Assembly: GCA_036172245.1 (NCBI GenBank)
Contig: JAYWIR010000078.1
Coordinates: forward strand, 186,001 to 250,000
Reading direction: 5' to 3'
DNA: 64,000 nt
From: Raillietiella orientalis
Lineage: Eukaryota
Translations under genes and position numbers: made by a program
Shown: positions 12,100 to 25,470 of the stretch, piece after piece
Numbering within the stretch: position 1 is the stretch's first letter
Layout of the letters: each line of letters begins with the position of its first letter
The notes under the pieces: model-generated
Seen by the model: only the letters and a program-made list of their open reading frames with translations
Database searches by the model: none
What the model was told of the DNA's origin: nothing

Positions 12100-13900
12100 T
12101 GCCGAGTGGGAAACTGGCCTCCTGCCCTGTACTTTTGTTTCCCACGGAAAAAGTGCGTCCCGACGTCCCGGACGTGAGCTCTCCCCTTCCCTCCTTTTGC
12201 TATCAGAAGTATCGACGGAGTGCAAATACTATGAGCCAAAATATCGGTCTCCTAAAGGCACATCCTAAGTCGCTGAACGGAAACACACACGATCAGTCGC
12301 TTTCAACCGGTCTCCTCGCTTCGCCTCGCCCTGCGAAGAGCCGGTTGTTGCAAGGATCGACACGGGACGGCTCCATCGAAGGCCACACTTGAAGGTGAGG
12401 ATCAAATAGAACAAAGGTCGCTCGATTCCTGCTGAAGGGAAGGAGAAGGTTCCGGATGAGATTTCCTCTTCCAAGGGCAATATCTACAGAGTGAACCACT
12501 TAAAACCGGTCCATTGGGAGCCTCTCTGTGTCTCTCTGCGTAGCGAAGCTGGAGACAGTGGCTAGTTTCAAGTAGCTCAGTGAGGAGATGCGCAGATACC
12601 CTTCTCGCGTGCGCCTCAACACCCTCCATCACACTGAGCTGCAGAACACCGACGGCTCCAGCGCGAAGTATCGATCTGCCCGGCAGTGACCAATGCTGAT
12701 TTCTCCAGGCGGCGGAACGTGCCACTGGCGAGTGCTGAAACTCCATTCTTCGTCGCGCCGGAAACTCTGAGAAAACAACACCGGAGAGGCGTCCGAGGGA
12801 AGCCTCAGGAGAACTCTCGACTGATCTTCTGACACCGAGAGCAGTCTTTATCCCTCACATGAAGTGTGAATCTCTTCTCGTAAGGGTTCTCCGAAGCCCC
12901 GGGGACAGAGGAGGAACGGAAAGAGGCTGGAAACGGAACTTGCCCTCCACGGCTCGCCTCCAGCTAATTCTGACATTTCGCGTTGCGAATGACCCTCGCG
13001 GCGGTTTCTGAAGTTTCCTCCGTCCACTCCCGGACGCGAACTCACCTCAAGCTGGAACTCGACGGACGCGATCCGGTGATGGCCCTCTTGAAGATGAGGA
13101 GACAGAGTGGATGACCCAGCCGACAAGGAAGCTGGCAGGCAGGATCCAGAAAGTGAAAATCAGGCGGGCAGCTTAATTGGGAACTTCCCGGCGGTTTGCT
13201 TGCAGCAGATTCTTTGTCGCCTGGAGAAGGGGTTTTTCTTTCAAAGCTGATCGGCTTGAGAGATTGCGTGTCGAAAAGTACTGACCTCTGAGAACTTCGT
13301 CCGATGATGACAGAAGATGACCTTTCCCTTTTAATTCACTGCTCATCTCTGCGAAGTGGCATCAGGTTCTTGAGAGGCATTTTCTTTTTATTCTCTTTTA
13401 AGCTCGTTTTCCTTTAATTTATGGGTTGCGGAACAAAAACAGGAGCATCGTCGTTCTCCGGTGTTCATTGTGAGTTTGTCCGAGTGTCATTATTTTCACC
13501 GACCTCTGGCAGAAGGAGGTATTCGTTTAGAAAAAGGAATAGAAAAAGGGTAAACTCAAGGTCAGGGAGCTTTTGCAGCACATCCGTTCGCTGCGGCAGA
13601 CGCGAGGTTTCCCTGCTTTCCCGTTCTAGGAATCGTCGGGAAAAGGGAAGAGCTGCCGTGCATCTCGACGATTCCTGCGTGTGGTGTCCGCAAAGGCGCG
13701 CCCATCCGAGGTCTCTCGATGGCGCGTCATCATCGTGGCTTGCATGGTCCGCTCCTCGCGCGCATCCAGAACAGCCCGGTCGAAACAAGCGGCTCAACTT
13801 GGATGGATTGGGAGCGCGGGGAAACGTCCGAGCACTCCCTCTGGAACTCTTCGTGTCAGTCATCTGAGTCCATCTTTTTCGCCCCTTCGGCTCGCGTCCG
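12100..13900 (-). mobile_element. Decayed Ty3/Gypsy-like pol relic (RT-RNase H-integrase)
   Basis: Eroded motifs in Gypsy order: FLFLNEYLLL (YLDDILI-like), LKPISFERKTPSPGDKE (PIAFESRKLS-like), FQLEVSSRPG (f.i.yrPG) and TQRGSQWTG (SDxGxQF-like). Confidence 0.45.
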
Positions 13901-15429
13901 TCGCTGGGAGCGCTCTGGCAGCCGTCACGTCCGACAGGAGTGCTTCTCGAGTCCCGGAAAACGAAGCCGTGTTTCTTCCTCTCCTCCTTGTTTACCCGTT
14001 CTCTCTACTCTTCTGAGACACGTGTCTCCCGATCCAAAGGGAAACATGCAGTACTTCGCCTGCCCTGTTTAACCAGCCTCTCTGCCTCCGCGGAAAACCC
14101 GTCTGCCTTCGCATTTCCTTTGGAGCACGCCGAGCAGGCAAGCAAACAAACTTCTGTGAGATCATGGGAAACGCTGCCCGGTTAGCTTCCATGGCAACGT
14201 CGCTAGAGCTCAACTTGTTTCTGGGTCAGAGCTCGAGCGATTCTGTGAGTTCCATCGTCGTCCTTGGTCCATACCTGACCACGTCCCATGCCATCCACTA
14301 CACTGCTTGCCTGTTAGGTGATACCATGGAAACTTCTGTTTTTTTCTTATGCATTTATTCCCGAGATCTCGGTGCGTGGGATGCGAAATGCTGCATTGCC
14401 AGGTGATAGCGAGCACGAAATGCATCCTCTTCTTCTAGCAACAACCTACAGCAACGATCTGTGTCCTACGGAGGCGTTGGGGCACGATGCGAACAGTCCA
14501 GACATCCGCCGTGAGCACGGGAATCGGCAGCAGACGCATCGTCAGAGCCACGTTTCTGCGTGCTCCGACGCACAGCACAGTGAGGACCGCGTGCTTCGCG
14601 CTGCAGGCAGCGAGCCACCTAACGATCCCTCCGGAATCCGATGAGTTCCAGAATCACGAAGACGTGTAGCAATGGTGGTCAGGGCACATCGAGTGAGCAC
14701 TGCTCCGTGTGACGCTGCGAGCGGGAACACGCGCTCGTCGCCATGGCGTCGGGCGTCACTGTGAACGAGAAGGATGCGTCCATACGTTTCTCTGCACTTT
14801 GCATTGCTGGGCGCGAGGAGGCTCTTCCTCGCATCCTGGTTTCTGGCGCCGTCGCAAAGTCGACTCTCCAGAGGGAGCCCAGGTTTCTCGGACAATGGAA
14901 AAGCCCCCCCTCCCCCCCCGTTTTTTTTCTCTCCTTCGGGAACCGGGAACACTCCAGCATTTCCAGCAGGTGCGTTCCAGGACGATTCCGGCTGGTGACG
15001 TCCGGTCGTCTCCCGAAAGGTGGCATTCCATCTGCTTTCTCCTCGGCGGGAGCGCGCGTCCATTTTCACAGCCTTTCTAGCGAAACGGAACACCAGGAGG
15101 GAACGTGGAGGAGGAATAGGGAAGGAGGCGTTCCGGGAAGCCGACGGTCAGGTCGAATCGTTTCACCAGTCTCCGGAGATGCATGCGTCACACCGGATCG
15201 CTTAAGGATTGCATAGGGCGGTGGAGGGTAGGAAGAGACCCTCCCCCTCGGTTTCCCCCCATCCTTCCGTGGCAGTCCTTCCCTCTTTGTTTTCCCTCCC
15301 GAAGATCCTTTTCCCTAAGGAAAGGAAGCAGAGAAAGCGAGGAAGAGAGTGAGGATAGGAGATGGACTCCAGGACAACCTGGTGGTCCCGGATCTCCCCC
15401 CTCCGGAAAATGCCCTCGGGTGATGGGGT

Positions 15430-16965
15430 TGGAATCTTCGCGGACATCTCGTCCAGCGACCGCAGCCGCAGACCTCATTGCCACCAGCGAACCCTCAAGG
15501 GCCCCCGGTAGCAAAGAGGAAGAGATGGCCCCCTTCTTCCTTTCCCTCCCTTCTCCACGCGTGCACACCGATCCTTCACAGACGCCTGGATCCAGAGTCC
15601 GTCTGAAGGACTTGTGCGCCCCGCGTCGGGATGACGGTCTCGGCTCCCTGACCGTGGAGCAAACGGAGCTGCCGCTGCTCCAGTTTCGGATCCTCGACCT
15701 CGTGGCGAAGTTCTGGAGCGCCACCTGGTGCGAGCCTGCGAGCCTCGTAGTCCAGCAAGCCACCGGCACTCGCGTCCTTCCTTGAGTGCCGTCTCCGCAA
15801 CGTGTCCCGCTGTGGGCTGCAGCTCCGGCAGGTGACAAGTTGACCAGGAACAAGCGACAACTGGGTCTCCTGCAGCCCCACGAACGGTAATGCCTGGTTG
15901 CAGGCAAGCGTTCTCACGTAAGCGAAGACCAGCGAGCGATGTCCGGAATAGGCACGGGACGACTGCAGTATTGTTTCCACAACAACCGCTAGTTCCAGGA
16001 GATCCTGGAAGATTCCACGGAGAGTGCGTGGGCAAGCAAAACCTCCCTCGTCACCTCGCTGCCCTCCCTTAGGGAACACATGGGCAGCAGCCTTGTAGCT
16101 AGATGTGATGTTACTGTGGAAATCTCCGGAAGGAGAAGAGGACTGGGCGAGTGGATGACGGGCCAAATCATCGACGCTGCGACCCCGATTATTCGACCTC
16201 GTGGACTTTTGCTCTAGGGCGTGTTACTGGGTATTCCGGAGAAAGACCTGCCATGGCCTCGCATCCGCGCCCTCCCCTTAAAGTGGCAGGAGACGGCATT
16301 GAAGCTGATGCACTGGAACCTCTCATGCAACGCTCGCCGGCATCACTGAACTCGGGTGTGTCCGGACCCCAACTGTGTCAGGTGCGGAGAGCGCGAATCC
16401 CTCTTGCACCTTCTAGTGAACTGTGTTGCCCTCCGGCCCATCTGGGAACGCTTTAACGCGACACTAGGAATCCCTGAGGCAATTCCAGGGACGCTTTACG
16501 ACTACCGTTCGCGACGCACTTCGGCCGGCAACCTCGCTAGCAGCAGCTCACCGCTGCCTACGCGGGATCGTGGGGGCCTGAAGCGACGTCTGGGGAGGAC
16601 TGAGTGACAGGGGTGCCACATCCACTTCGCCGTCCGCTTCATAAAAATGGCAACAAGATGGCCCCACCTGGAAAACAGTATCCAACAAGAGCTTGCCTGT
16701 ATCCTCGAAAAGATGTAGAGGATCGCCCCCAGCCCCACGTGATCTCGTCCCTCACCCCTTCTCAAATTTGTTTACTTATTTTTATTCTTGCTTCTTTTTT
16801 TTTTCTTGTATATTTATCTTTTTCTTCTCTTTTGCTGCCGTGGTGGACCTCATCGGTCTGTGTACCGGCAGCCTGACAGGTTCTCCTTGAAATGGACTTG
16901 GTCGGACCACCGATCCTACCACAAAATTTATAGATATTTATTTTCATTAAATGAACGCCCCGGCG
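15430..16965 (+). mobile_element. L1/Tx1-like LINE, C-terminal ORF2 and 3' UTR (degenerate)
   Basis: RVRLKDLCAPRRDDGLG (the lc.P...GGLG motif after RT), a CCHC zinc knuckle CPDPNCVRCGERESLLHLLVNC (16356-16425), the terminal helix FAVRFIKMATRWPHL and a T-rich 3' UTR. Contains frameshifts and stops. Confidence 0.8.
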
Positions 16966-19759
16966 TACCCAGGAGGAAATCCACGGAGGCATAGGATGCG
17001 GAACGCCAGAGAGGAGGCGGTGGACCGGAGTTCCCCATATAGGGGAGAGAATAGGATCCCTCCCTTCCCCGATATGGTGGTAAAGACAAAGAGAGGAATG
17101 GTAGGTGGGAAGAACGACACGAGACTCGCCATCTGGTCCGTCCATCCTGAAGAGGCTCCAGGATAAACGGGTGGACCCGGAGGAAGGAGAAGGGAGCAGA
17201 GGGAGGAACCGGAAGTTAGAAATGGGATCACGTGCGGTCCCTGGACCTCTTTGGGGGGAAAGGGAGGGGGGACGAAGAAGGCCCGCAGGAGATCGCTGCG
17301 GAGAGACTCGTCGCGGTTCGCACTCTTCCTGGCTTCCCTGCCGGGTTGCTGCTGCTCCGAGACGCAAGGGAGGAAGGAAGGCAGGTCGAGAAGCTCTGGC
17401 TGGTAGGGAAGATTAGGAGCGCGGGGCAGGGAGGCGTTCGTCGGAGCGCACCCCTCCTGCCAGTATCCAGCTGCCGGTGGGTTGCTGGGACACTCCCGCA
17501 CTTCTGCTCCGAGCAGGAGTGGGGATGCCTCGCAGCATTGGAGCCGTGCGGTGCGGGAACGAGGAACCTTCGGAGGAGTTCCGCGGCCTCCAGGAGCCGA
17601 AACGCCGGGGGGAGAGAACATCATGGGGGAGAGGGTCCTCCTTTGCCATCCTGGCTGATACCCGCGCGTTGCCTTCGCTGCAGCCGCCGCTTTTCCCTTC
17701 CTCCCCTCACTTGGCTTTCGTTGGTCTGTCAGGGAAGGAGAGGAGGAGGAAAAGGGGACGAGAAAAGAAGGAAGAGCAAGGGATGAGGGGGAGGGAGGAA
17801 GGTAGTTGGAAAAGAAAAGGGAGGCTCTTTCCCGAGAGATCCCTCAGGACCCTCGGTAAAAGGCCCGGATTCCTCTGAGAGACATCGCCAGCGAAGCGCC
17901 CGATTTCTTCCTTCCTCTCGAAATGCAACTCTTCCTCCGTGCGCGCTCTGCGGAGAAGAGGAACGTTGCCAAGGAGGCCGGCCAAGATCTGAAAGCCATC
18001 AAGGCGGGGATCGAGACTGTCCGCACGCTCGCGCTCCACCCTGACGAGCCTGGAGACACTTCCGGCTCATTTTGGGCGCTCCTCCGATGTGTCATCAGTG
18101 GGAAGCACCTCTCCGGGAGGAGTGGGGGAGGATTCCTCGGGTATGTGGGCAACCGTTCCCCTTTTCTCTGCTCTTTTCTTCGGGGATTCCCGCAAGCGTC
18201 GGGAGGAGGAGGGGAGGGAGGCGGTTAAGGCGAATAAGGGGCACGCCTTCAGCTCGCCCGGCTCTCCGTCTCCTTCCCGGGAGGCTGCGGCGAGTCGCTC
18301 CGGACGGACGCTCCCAGAGAGACGGTCGACGCTACCGCGCGCGAAACTGCGGCAGCCGGCGACGCGCGGGAGGATCCTCGGCTTGCGGAAAGGAGATCTC
18401 GTAGCCGCCGCACGGCCCGGCAGCAGCCGCGTCTGCGGGAGAGCGTCCTAGAGCCTGCAGTGTTGCCACTCGCATTCTTGGAGTGAGGGAGAGAGAGAGG
18501 AGGGGGAGGAGTTCCGTCTTGCTTGGGGCGCTCTGCAGCCGCCAAATCGTCGGTCCCTCATTCGATCTTTGCCCCCTTTCCTCTCTCGTTCTGCTTGCTT
18601 TTCCGCTCTTCCTTCATTCCTGGAAGGTAGTCCTTCCGGATGACGTCGAAAGGAGCAGCTACCACAGATCATCGGTTTCCGGCGCCCGAAGGCTTTCCTG
18701 AGTGACGAGCCGTTCTACCCTTAAAGGGAGGAATCCCTCCGAAGAGGACACGGTAATTTCCCTCTTCTTTCAGGAAGAAAGAAGGAAGGAAGGAAAAATG
18801 GTCGTCATCACAGAGATGGATGTCTGCAGAGCGGCGTAATTTTCGGAGCAGACAATGCGCCTCCGGTCTTCCACGCCTCACCTACACCTCAAGAGCAGCC
18901 GCTGCCGCGTGGCAACGGTTACCACGATGGAGCATTCTTGTTCCCTAGCCGGCTGGACGCCTAGGCTAAGGGAGCAAAATGCGTTCAGTGCGGCATTTCC
19001 TGTGCGTTCGCGGCGGCGCGTCGCTCTCCACGTCACCCAGCATCTCAGCGTCCTCCCGCCGGTGTTCGGACGGGATATCTCCTCCTGATTCCGGGGAAAC
19101 GTGGGCTCGTGTCCAGTGACTTCGGAAGCGAAGAAGGCTGCGAAGGATGTGCAGTCTTCTCCTGTTCCGGGAAAGGGGTACCGGCCCCAGGTTTCTGTTA
19201 GAATGCGCGGGAGCTTCCGTTCCCTCTCGCACAGGCTGCCCGCAGCCAGGAGGCTCAATCACCGGAGAGGTGAGTTCCACGCCGCCCTTATTGTTGCAAA
19301 GTGAGGGAGATGGGTGGGGGTGGGAGGACCTGATGAGAGATGCCACCAGCAAAAGGCCCATTTGAGGTACATCTAGGTTGTGCACCGGCGAGGCACCCGG
19401 GAAGCAACGCAACTGAGGCATTCTTCGCTCGTCTCCGCAGCGACGCTGCGTGCACAAGTTGCTGGTGCTGCCATCGCATGGCCTCTGCACGGGGTCTCTT
19501 TTGCTGGAGGATCATCCGCCTTCTGACGTGTTCACCAGCCGGTGTGTGTGCCTCCGGCTTCTTACGGGAGAGAACCTGCACGAAAGCTCAGAGGATGGAA
19601 TGAACTCCTCCAGAGAGGTCATGTGTTCGGAAATTCCTTCCTCTCCTCTTTTTTTTCTTCCCCAGTTTGATATCAAGAGCAGAATTCGAATTCAAGCGGT
19701 CTCGACCAATCACCTGTTTCTTCTTATTTGAAACCAGGGTTGCCCCAGTCTCATCCACC

Positions 19760-20015
19760 AACAGTACTTTAAGTACTTTCCTCATGTTGAAGATCATCTC
19801 TACTTTAAGTACTTTAATCTTTTCCTTAAGTACTTGCTCCTTCTCGAAGATCATCTTCACCTCAAATCCCTCTTCGCCCATCCGAAGATTCTCATCTCAA
19901 ACACCTTCATCTTATTGAAGATCTTCACAATAAGCACTTTCTTCATCTTCATGAAGATCTTAAATACCTTTTGTGTCTTCATGAGTATCATCTTTACTTA
20001 GGTGATTTCTTCATC
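19760..20015. repeat. Degenerate minisatellite / low-complexity array (tactttaagtacttt and gaagatcatctt units)
   Basis: Imperfect recurring units. The minus strand reads as a K/V/L/M-rich repetitive peptide (KVLKVEMIFNMRKVLKV). Confidence 0.6.
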
Positions 20016-22689
20016 GCTTCTGTCCATCCAAGCTTAGGCTAGTCACGAAAATGGAACCAACTGTTCTGAATTAGTAACGTCAGCACCAGACTTTCCGGTG
20101 GTCTTTCAGTGCCTTGCTTCACGACAGCAGTTCTTCGCTCCTAGTCACGTGCTGGGAAGGCTCCATCTTTCCTTGTCAGGTACCCCCCGCTGCTACGGGC
20201 TTCCTCTGCCCGACTCCTTTTTGCCTTTCTCGTGGATTCTTGAGGAGCTGCGGCTCTGTGCGCGATGGCCCTTGCCCGATGTACTCATGCCCGGAGAGTC
20301 GCATGTTCGGTCGAGCGGTTCCTGGTTCGTTCTTCTTAGGGAACCGCCGGAGGTGAAGACCGAACGCCCGTCCACGAGCAAGGAGGGCTCTCTGGACGCC
20401 GACCTCACCTTTCCATTCCTACCGTTTCGGAATGCGCCAAGCGAAAGGAAGCGAGGCGACTCCCTGGAGGGTCACATGGGATCGCCAAGCGCTCCACTGG
20501 CTCCGCCTTCGCTGCAGGCGCCGTCGCCTTTCCCTTCCTACCACCCACTTTTCTCTCTCTCCCCCAGGAGGAGGAGGAAGGGAACAACATTTGCAGCTAG
20601 CGTTAAGGTGACTGCTACTGACAACTGGTTCGGGGGGGGGGGAGGGGACAGCATCTGCTTTTCCCGGACCGAGTGCAGAAGCGAGAAAAAGGGGAAACAA
20701 TAAGAGGAAAGCGGAAATGATGGAAACTTCTTAGAAATGGGGTGCGCCCCTACCCGGAATCATCTTCCTTGACGTGACACACCTTGCATGACAATGACAC
20801 CTTCATCAGTCCACTCGGGTGGCTTTGAGGAAGTCTGAATCCGCTGTATCTACACACAGACGTCGAACCCTCTCCTTATGTATGTAACAACATGTCATTC
20901 GGTGAAGTTCTGAGAGATTTCCCGAAGTCATTGGAATCATCTCGAGGCAGTCAGCCAGGCTTGCATCCTGGCTCCACCGAGATGCTTGCCTGTTCTTGTT
21001 TCTGCGTTATTCTGGCATCTCCATGGTCGCTCGATATCGGGAGCGAATTCTGGTTCAGAGGCAGGTTCCACAAATCGCACATTCCCGTCTTCGGTACGCA
21101 GCATTTTTCCCGTTTCCTGCTCACCGAGAAACGACTCTCCCGCTGACACTCACCGGAATGCATCCGCAGGAACAGGCCCCGAAATTTTTCGGGTCCCCTT
21201 CGGAGACGGGGAGTGAAAACCTATGAGAAACGGGAATTTCCCGAGTCACGTACGTGGGGGGCATCTCTGGCAGTGGTGAACGCCTGCTGTGAGCACGAGC
21301 GTCTGCGAAGAGAAGGGGAAAAAAAAGTCGACCAGGCGCTCCAAGAGGCAAACCCAAGCACCTAGCACACCTTCACCGTGCAGCATGTGTGTGTGTGTGA
21401 GTGGGGGGGAGGGGTGTGGTGGCGAACCATTCCGATAAGAGGATCGAGCAGAGTAGAAGGTGCGGCAGCTTGCCTGGTGCGTTTCCTGTTCCATGCTCCA
21501 GAAAATCCTTTTGAGCAACGACCGTTCCCGGAAACAAACACCATCATGAGCGTCGAAAGCGAATGACACCGGTTTCGGCACGTGCATCACCCTTCGTTTT
21601 CACATCGCTTCGCTGCTCCCTGTCACTCCTCCTCGCGGCTTTCTTTTTGTTGCCACTGTGGTGTGCCCTGCACAAGAGAGGTTCCTTGTTCTTCCCTTTC
21701 TGTACTACCCGAGTATTTCTAGGGGACTGGTAAGCTACAGGGAGCGAAGAAGGGAGTGAAGGATTGAAGATCATCAGATGAAAAACAGGCGGTGTGGGCA
21801 GCGTGCACTCTCTGTCTGCGCGCAAAGAGTTGCTCAGATCTCTAAAGGACAACCTCTGGTGCGCGACAGACCTGCCAGCAGATGGAGAGTAGCTCCCGGT
21901 GGCGACCGCGAACCGGCCATTCCATGCATCCGGCGGCTGCAAAATTTTTTTGAAGCTGGTATTCGATCGAAGACCGGAGCTCGGAAAAAAACCCTGAGAT
22001 GAAGGACGATGAGGTTCTCAGAGGAGGAACTCGGTCAGGCAGATCGCTTACTTTTGATTTTCAATTGGATAGCAGAGGTTGTGGACGATGGAATGGAGCA
22101 AGGGCTTTCCGGGGTTTCCATGAGGAGATCGATAAGGGATTGCTATCGATCTCCCCACTGGAAGATGGTGAGGATACCGCTATTCGAGCGTTCCGAAGGA
22201 CCCTTGGTACAAGAAGAGGATCTGAATAGGGTCACGTATAAACAACGGAGATGAGGGAGGCGAGAAATAGCGAGTGTATTTGCGAGTCGGGAGACTCGTG
22301 AAGGTGAACCAAAGTCCCAATTCACCACCAAGTCCAAGGTGGATCCCAAGAATGTGGATCTCCCTATTTGAAATGAGCCTCACGAACGAAAAGTGGAAAC
22401 TGAAGTTGAATTCGGGACTAGAGAAGATGAGACGAGATGCGCACGAGGAAATGGTTGTTGCAAGAATGGGGGGGGGGGGACACGAAGAATGAAAACTATC
22501 GTGGCTGTTGACAGTGAGAGCCTATTCTTCAGAATCCAAAGACATTTTACAATTTAGACGTGCCAGATCTTCGGGAAGGCTTTGGAAAGGCTGAATTAGG
22601 TTGGTCGGATTCTGGATGATGCAAATTCTTCTGGGTTCTTCCGTTTTCCTTGCTCCCCTTTAGCTTTTGCTTTTGTTTTTTTCAGGTTT

Positions 22690-23485
22690 TCTTTTCTGTT
22701 GGCCTCCGTAGGTGGTTGCGTTCGTCCGTAGGGGGCTCCATTAAACATTCCAACAGTGTCCACGCCACCTGATGGTGCATGTGACTCTTAAATTTATAGA
22801 AAGTATCCCAGAGGGACCACCCTATGAATCCAGGAAGGCTCCGGAAAAAGGATTCCGTTCCTCTCTTGTGCTTAGGAGGAAACTTCGAAGGGAACCCTAT
22901 CCCTGGTTGGCTCCGAAGGAAATGTTGGAGGGAACCTCTTTCTAATTCTCCTCGGATGGACTCTCTGGATGGGAATAGAGGCACTCCGCATTTCTTCTCC
23001 GACGGGAACCCGGAAAGGATCAGCTTCTGGAATTTCTTCTCCGGAGGGAAGCCCTCAATGGAACCGCTCCCTGTTTTCTCCTCTGAAGAGAGCCCCGACG
23101 GGACTTTTGCGAATTTCTATCTGAAGATTCCACTCTCCAAAGGGAGCAACGCGCTCCTTTACACTCTGGAGGCGTATCAGTCCACCAGATTCATGGTTTG
23201 CGATGGAGGGTCCTTCCCCGAGAAGGAGGGTCGGCTCCATTTGCAGAACCATGGGGAACCCGGAGGGCCAACTTTCTATCCTTGGTCAGTTAATGAAGGC
23301 ATCCAGGAGTTTCCGACTTCCACCAGTGCCGCCGCGCTCAAAGCCTGTAGGCCAAGCATCATCATCATTCCGGGAAGGGGGAGAGGACTCTACAACCACG
23401 GAGCACCATTTCTCGGCGTCGATCCTTCCCCGGGAAGGATTCGAACTCTCAGCGCTTGGTGATGTAGCCACGCGGCCGCCAACGC
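22690..23485 (-). mobile_element. tRNA-headed SINE-like element, copy D (empty, more diverged)
   Basis: Homologous along its length to copies A and B (e.g. aatggaaccgctccctgtt...gaatttctatctgaag). Head GCGTTGGCGGCCGCGTGGCTAC...GAGTTCGAATCC on -. T-rich flank on + at about 22660-22700. Confidence 0.75.
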
Positions 23486-23649
23486 AGACCTAGGTGGCTT
23501 TGATGGAGTTGCAACTCCTCAGTTTCCCAAATCTGTGAGCAAGTGAATAGACGAGCAGCTTTCAAGGAAGCAGCTCATCTGAGCGCAGCGATAGGGGGAC
23601 TGCCGCAAGAAGTAAAACAGTGGATGAACTGGTAGCTAATACAGCAAGG

Positions 23650-25470
23650 AAAACCGGAAGTGGATGCGGGCGAGCGACAAAACAGGAGGAAGGATCCTTT
23701 GAGGATGTGATGCTCGTGAATGGAGAGGGCATTCGAGGCATCCATCCACCAAACTCTCGAAAGACTCGGGAACGTGAGGAAGGCGGCAGCAGCTCAATCT
23801 CTCCGCAAACGTTCTCGGAATTCCTGGGGGAGAGGAGTGAGTGACGTGTGCGGCGTAGGCGCAACGCATCAACTTCGCCTGAGCTGAGAGAAGAAATGAA
23901 CGAAGAATGTGCAGCTCGTCGTCTACAGACACTCACAGATCATTTACGTCTTCACTTGGAGTAAATAACCGAACCAAAGCGTCCCGAAAGTGATGGATCT
24001 GGAAGGACGGAAGAAGGAAACTGGAAGAGGGAAAGGGCATGTAGAAAAGGTTCCCGCTCGAGAATATCCGAGGAAATTCGGGTCCAAAATGAACTAAGCC
24101 TATTCTCAAAACTCGGAATGAGCAAGAGGTCAGGATTGCCGGGACGCTAAATCTAGGGTCGTAGAAACCATGGGTCCCCAAAAGTCCGCTTTGGTAAGCA
24201 GAAGTGGCTCTGCGGGATGAACGAAACAAATTGGGGGATTACGGAGCATCTAACATAGGATGTCCACCAGCTTCCATGGAAGGTGTTGGTTGCTGTCGAC
24301 AGTAAGGCAGTGACCATGGAAGTCGGACTATGCTCATGATTCTCGGCAAGGTCCCACCTCCCAAAGCGACCGACCTGCGAAGGAATGCTGCTTACGCTCA
24401 GCGTGAGCCTGCACCACGAGGTTGAGTGCAGGCTCGACGCATGAGCGTGAGCCTGCACTCAACCTCCGGGACGAAACCTCTCCTGACTTCTGGAGTGCCG
24501 TCATCAGAGGACGGCAGGTTCCCTCAAGAGGTGCTGGCGAGCAGGAGGGTCGCGATGGTGCGCGAAAAGGGTTTGGACGCGATGCCGAAGTATGGAGTGG
24601 ATGCGGGGAGGATTGACATCACGTTGCTTGGCGGCACTGGATCCCGGAGATGCCTCAGTTATTCACAAGCAAGGATGAACTTGCCATTCCGGACAGCCAA
24701 GAAGTGTTCCTAGCTAATCCGAGAGACTTGCGCCGAATCAGAAGCTGAACGCAGGTACGAGATGGACCCCGATCTTGAGATGATGACGCTTGTTCGTGGT
24801 GACGGAGGAAAAGATCGTGAATTTGGGAAGAAGTTGCTCCGTTCCAGGTAGACAGGAGCGCTCGCGAAGGGCGTCTAGAAAGATGAGTGGAAGAGGCGGT
24901 TTTCCAGGGACGAACCGCGATCTTGAGCAGATGATGATGACCCGGCTCAAGAAAGCAGGAAAGAGTTCATTCAAGCTCACGCGCACACACCTGAAAGATT
25001 CAGCGAGACACATTCACAGTTCACAAAACACGTTGCACCGAGAGACGTGGGTTCCGTTACTCGGAGGCGATTCTTTTAAAAGGAGCCCACCAGACTATTT
25101 CTTGCATCGGGAAGGAATGTCGGAATGAACGAAAAGATCCAGCGAGTGGAACGGCAGACGACGCGCACGTGTCCCTCCACGGATGGAATCGAACGCTGTC
25201 ATCTCCGAACGAGGGATGAATGAAGGAGGAAAAATTTACGAAGTAACATGCCAGAGAAGATTTCGCGCGGCGGGGGGGAGGGAAAGGGGGGAGGAACGGC
25301 AAGGACCTAGGTGAGTGAGAACTTCTCCTAGGTGGGGAGGAAGCCTACCCGTCGCAACCAAAGGTACCGGCGAAAGAGATCCAACTTCCTGCTTACCTGG
25401 ATGGAAGTCTCGCTCGCAAGCTGAGAGGCTGAAGCCCCCAGGTATCATCTGGTCCTGCGAATTTTGTTTT
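23650..25470 (-). mobile_element. Decayed Ty3/Gypsy-like pol relic (RNase H-integrase)
   Basis: Motifs in order: LSACERDFHPGKQE (Ls.aErnY...ekE), FVPGK...DALRER (pGk.n..aDaLSR), PVPPSNVMSIL...YFGI, LPWKLVDIL and HFGPEFPR (D.GpqF). Confidence 0.5.
24400..24466. repeat. Short inverted repeat / micro-triplication
   Basis: gaggttgagtgcaggctc(g)acgc at 24418-24440 pairs with gcgtgagcctgcactcaacctc at 24445-24466. An extra direct copy agcgtgagcctgcac lies at 24400-24414. Confidence 0.9.

Noticed and set aside
21960..22500. Possible gag-like fragment
   Set aside because: No zinc knuckle or other diagnostic motif, and short broken frames.
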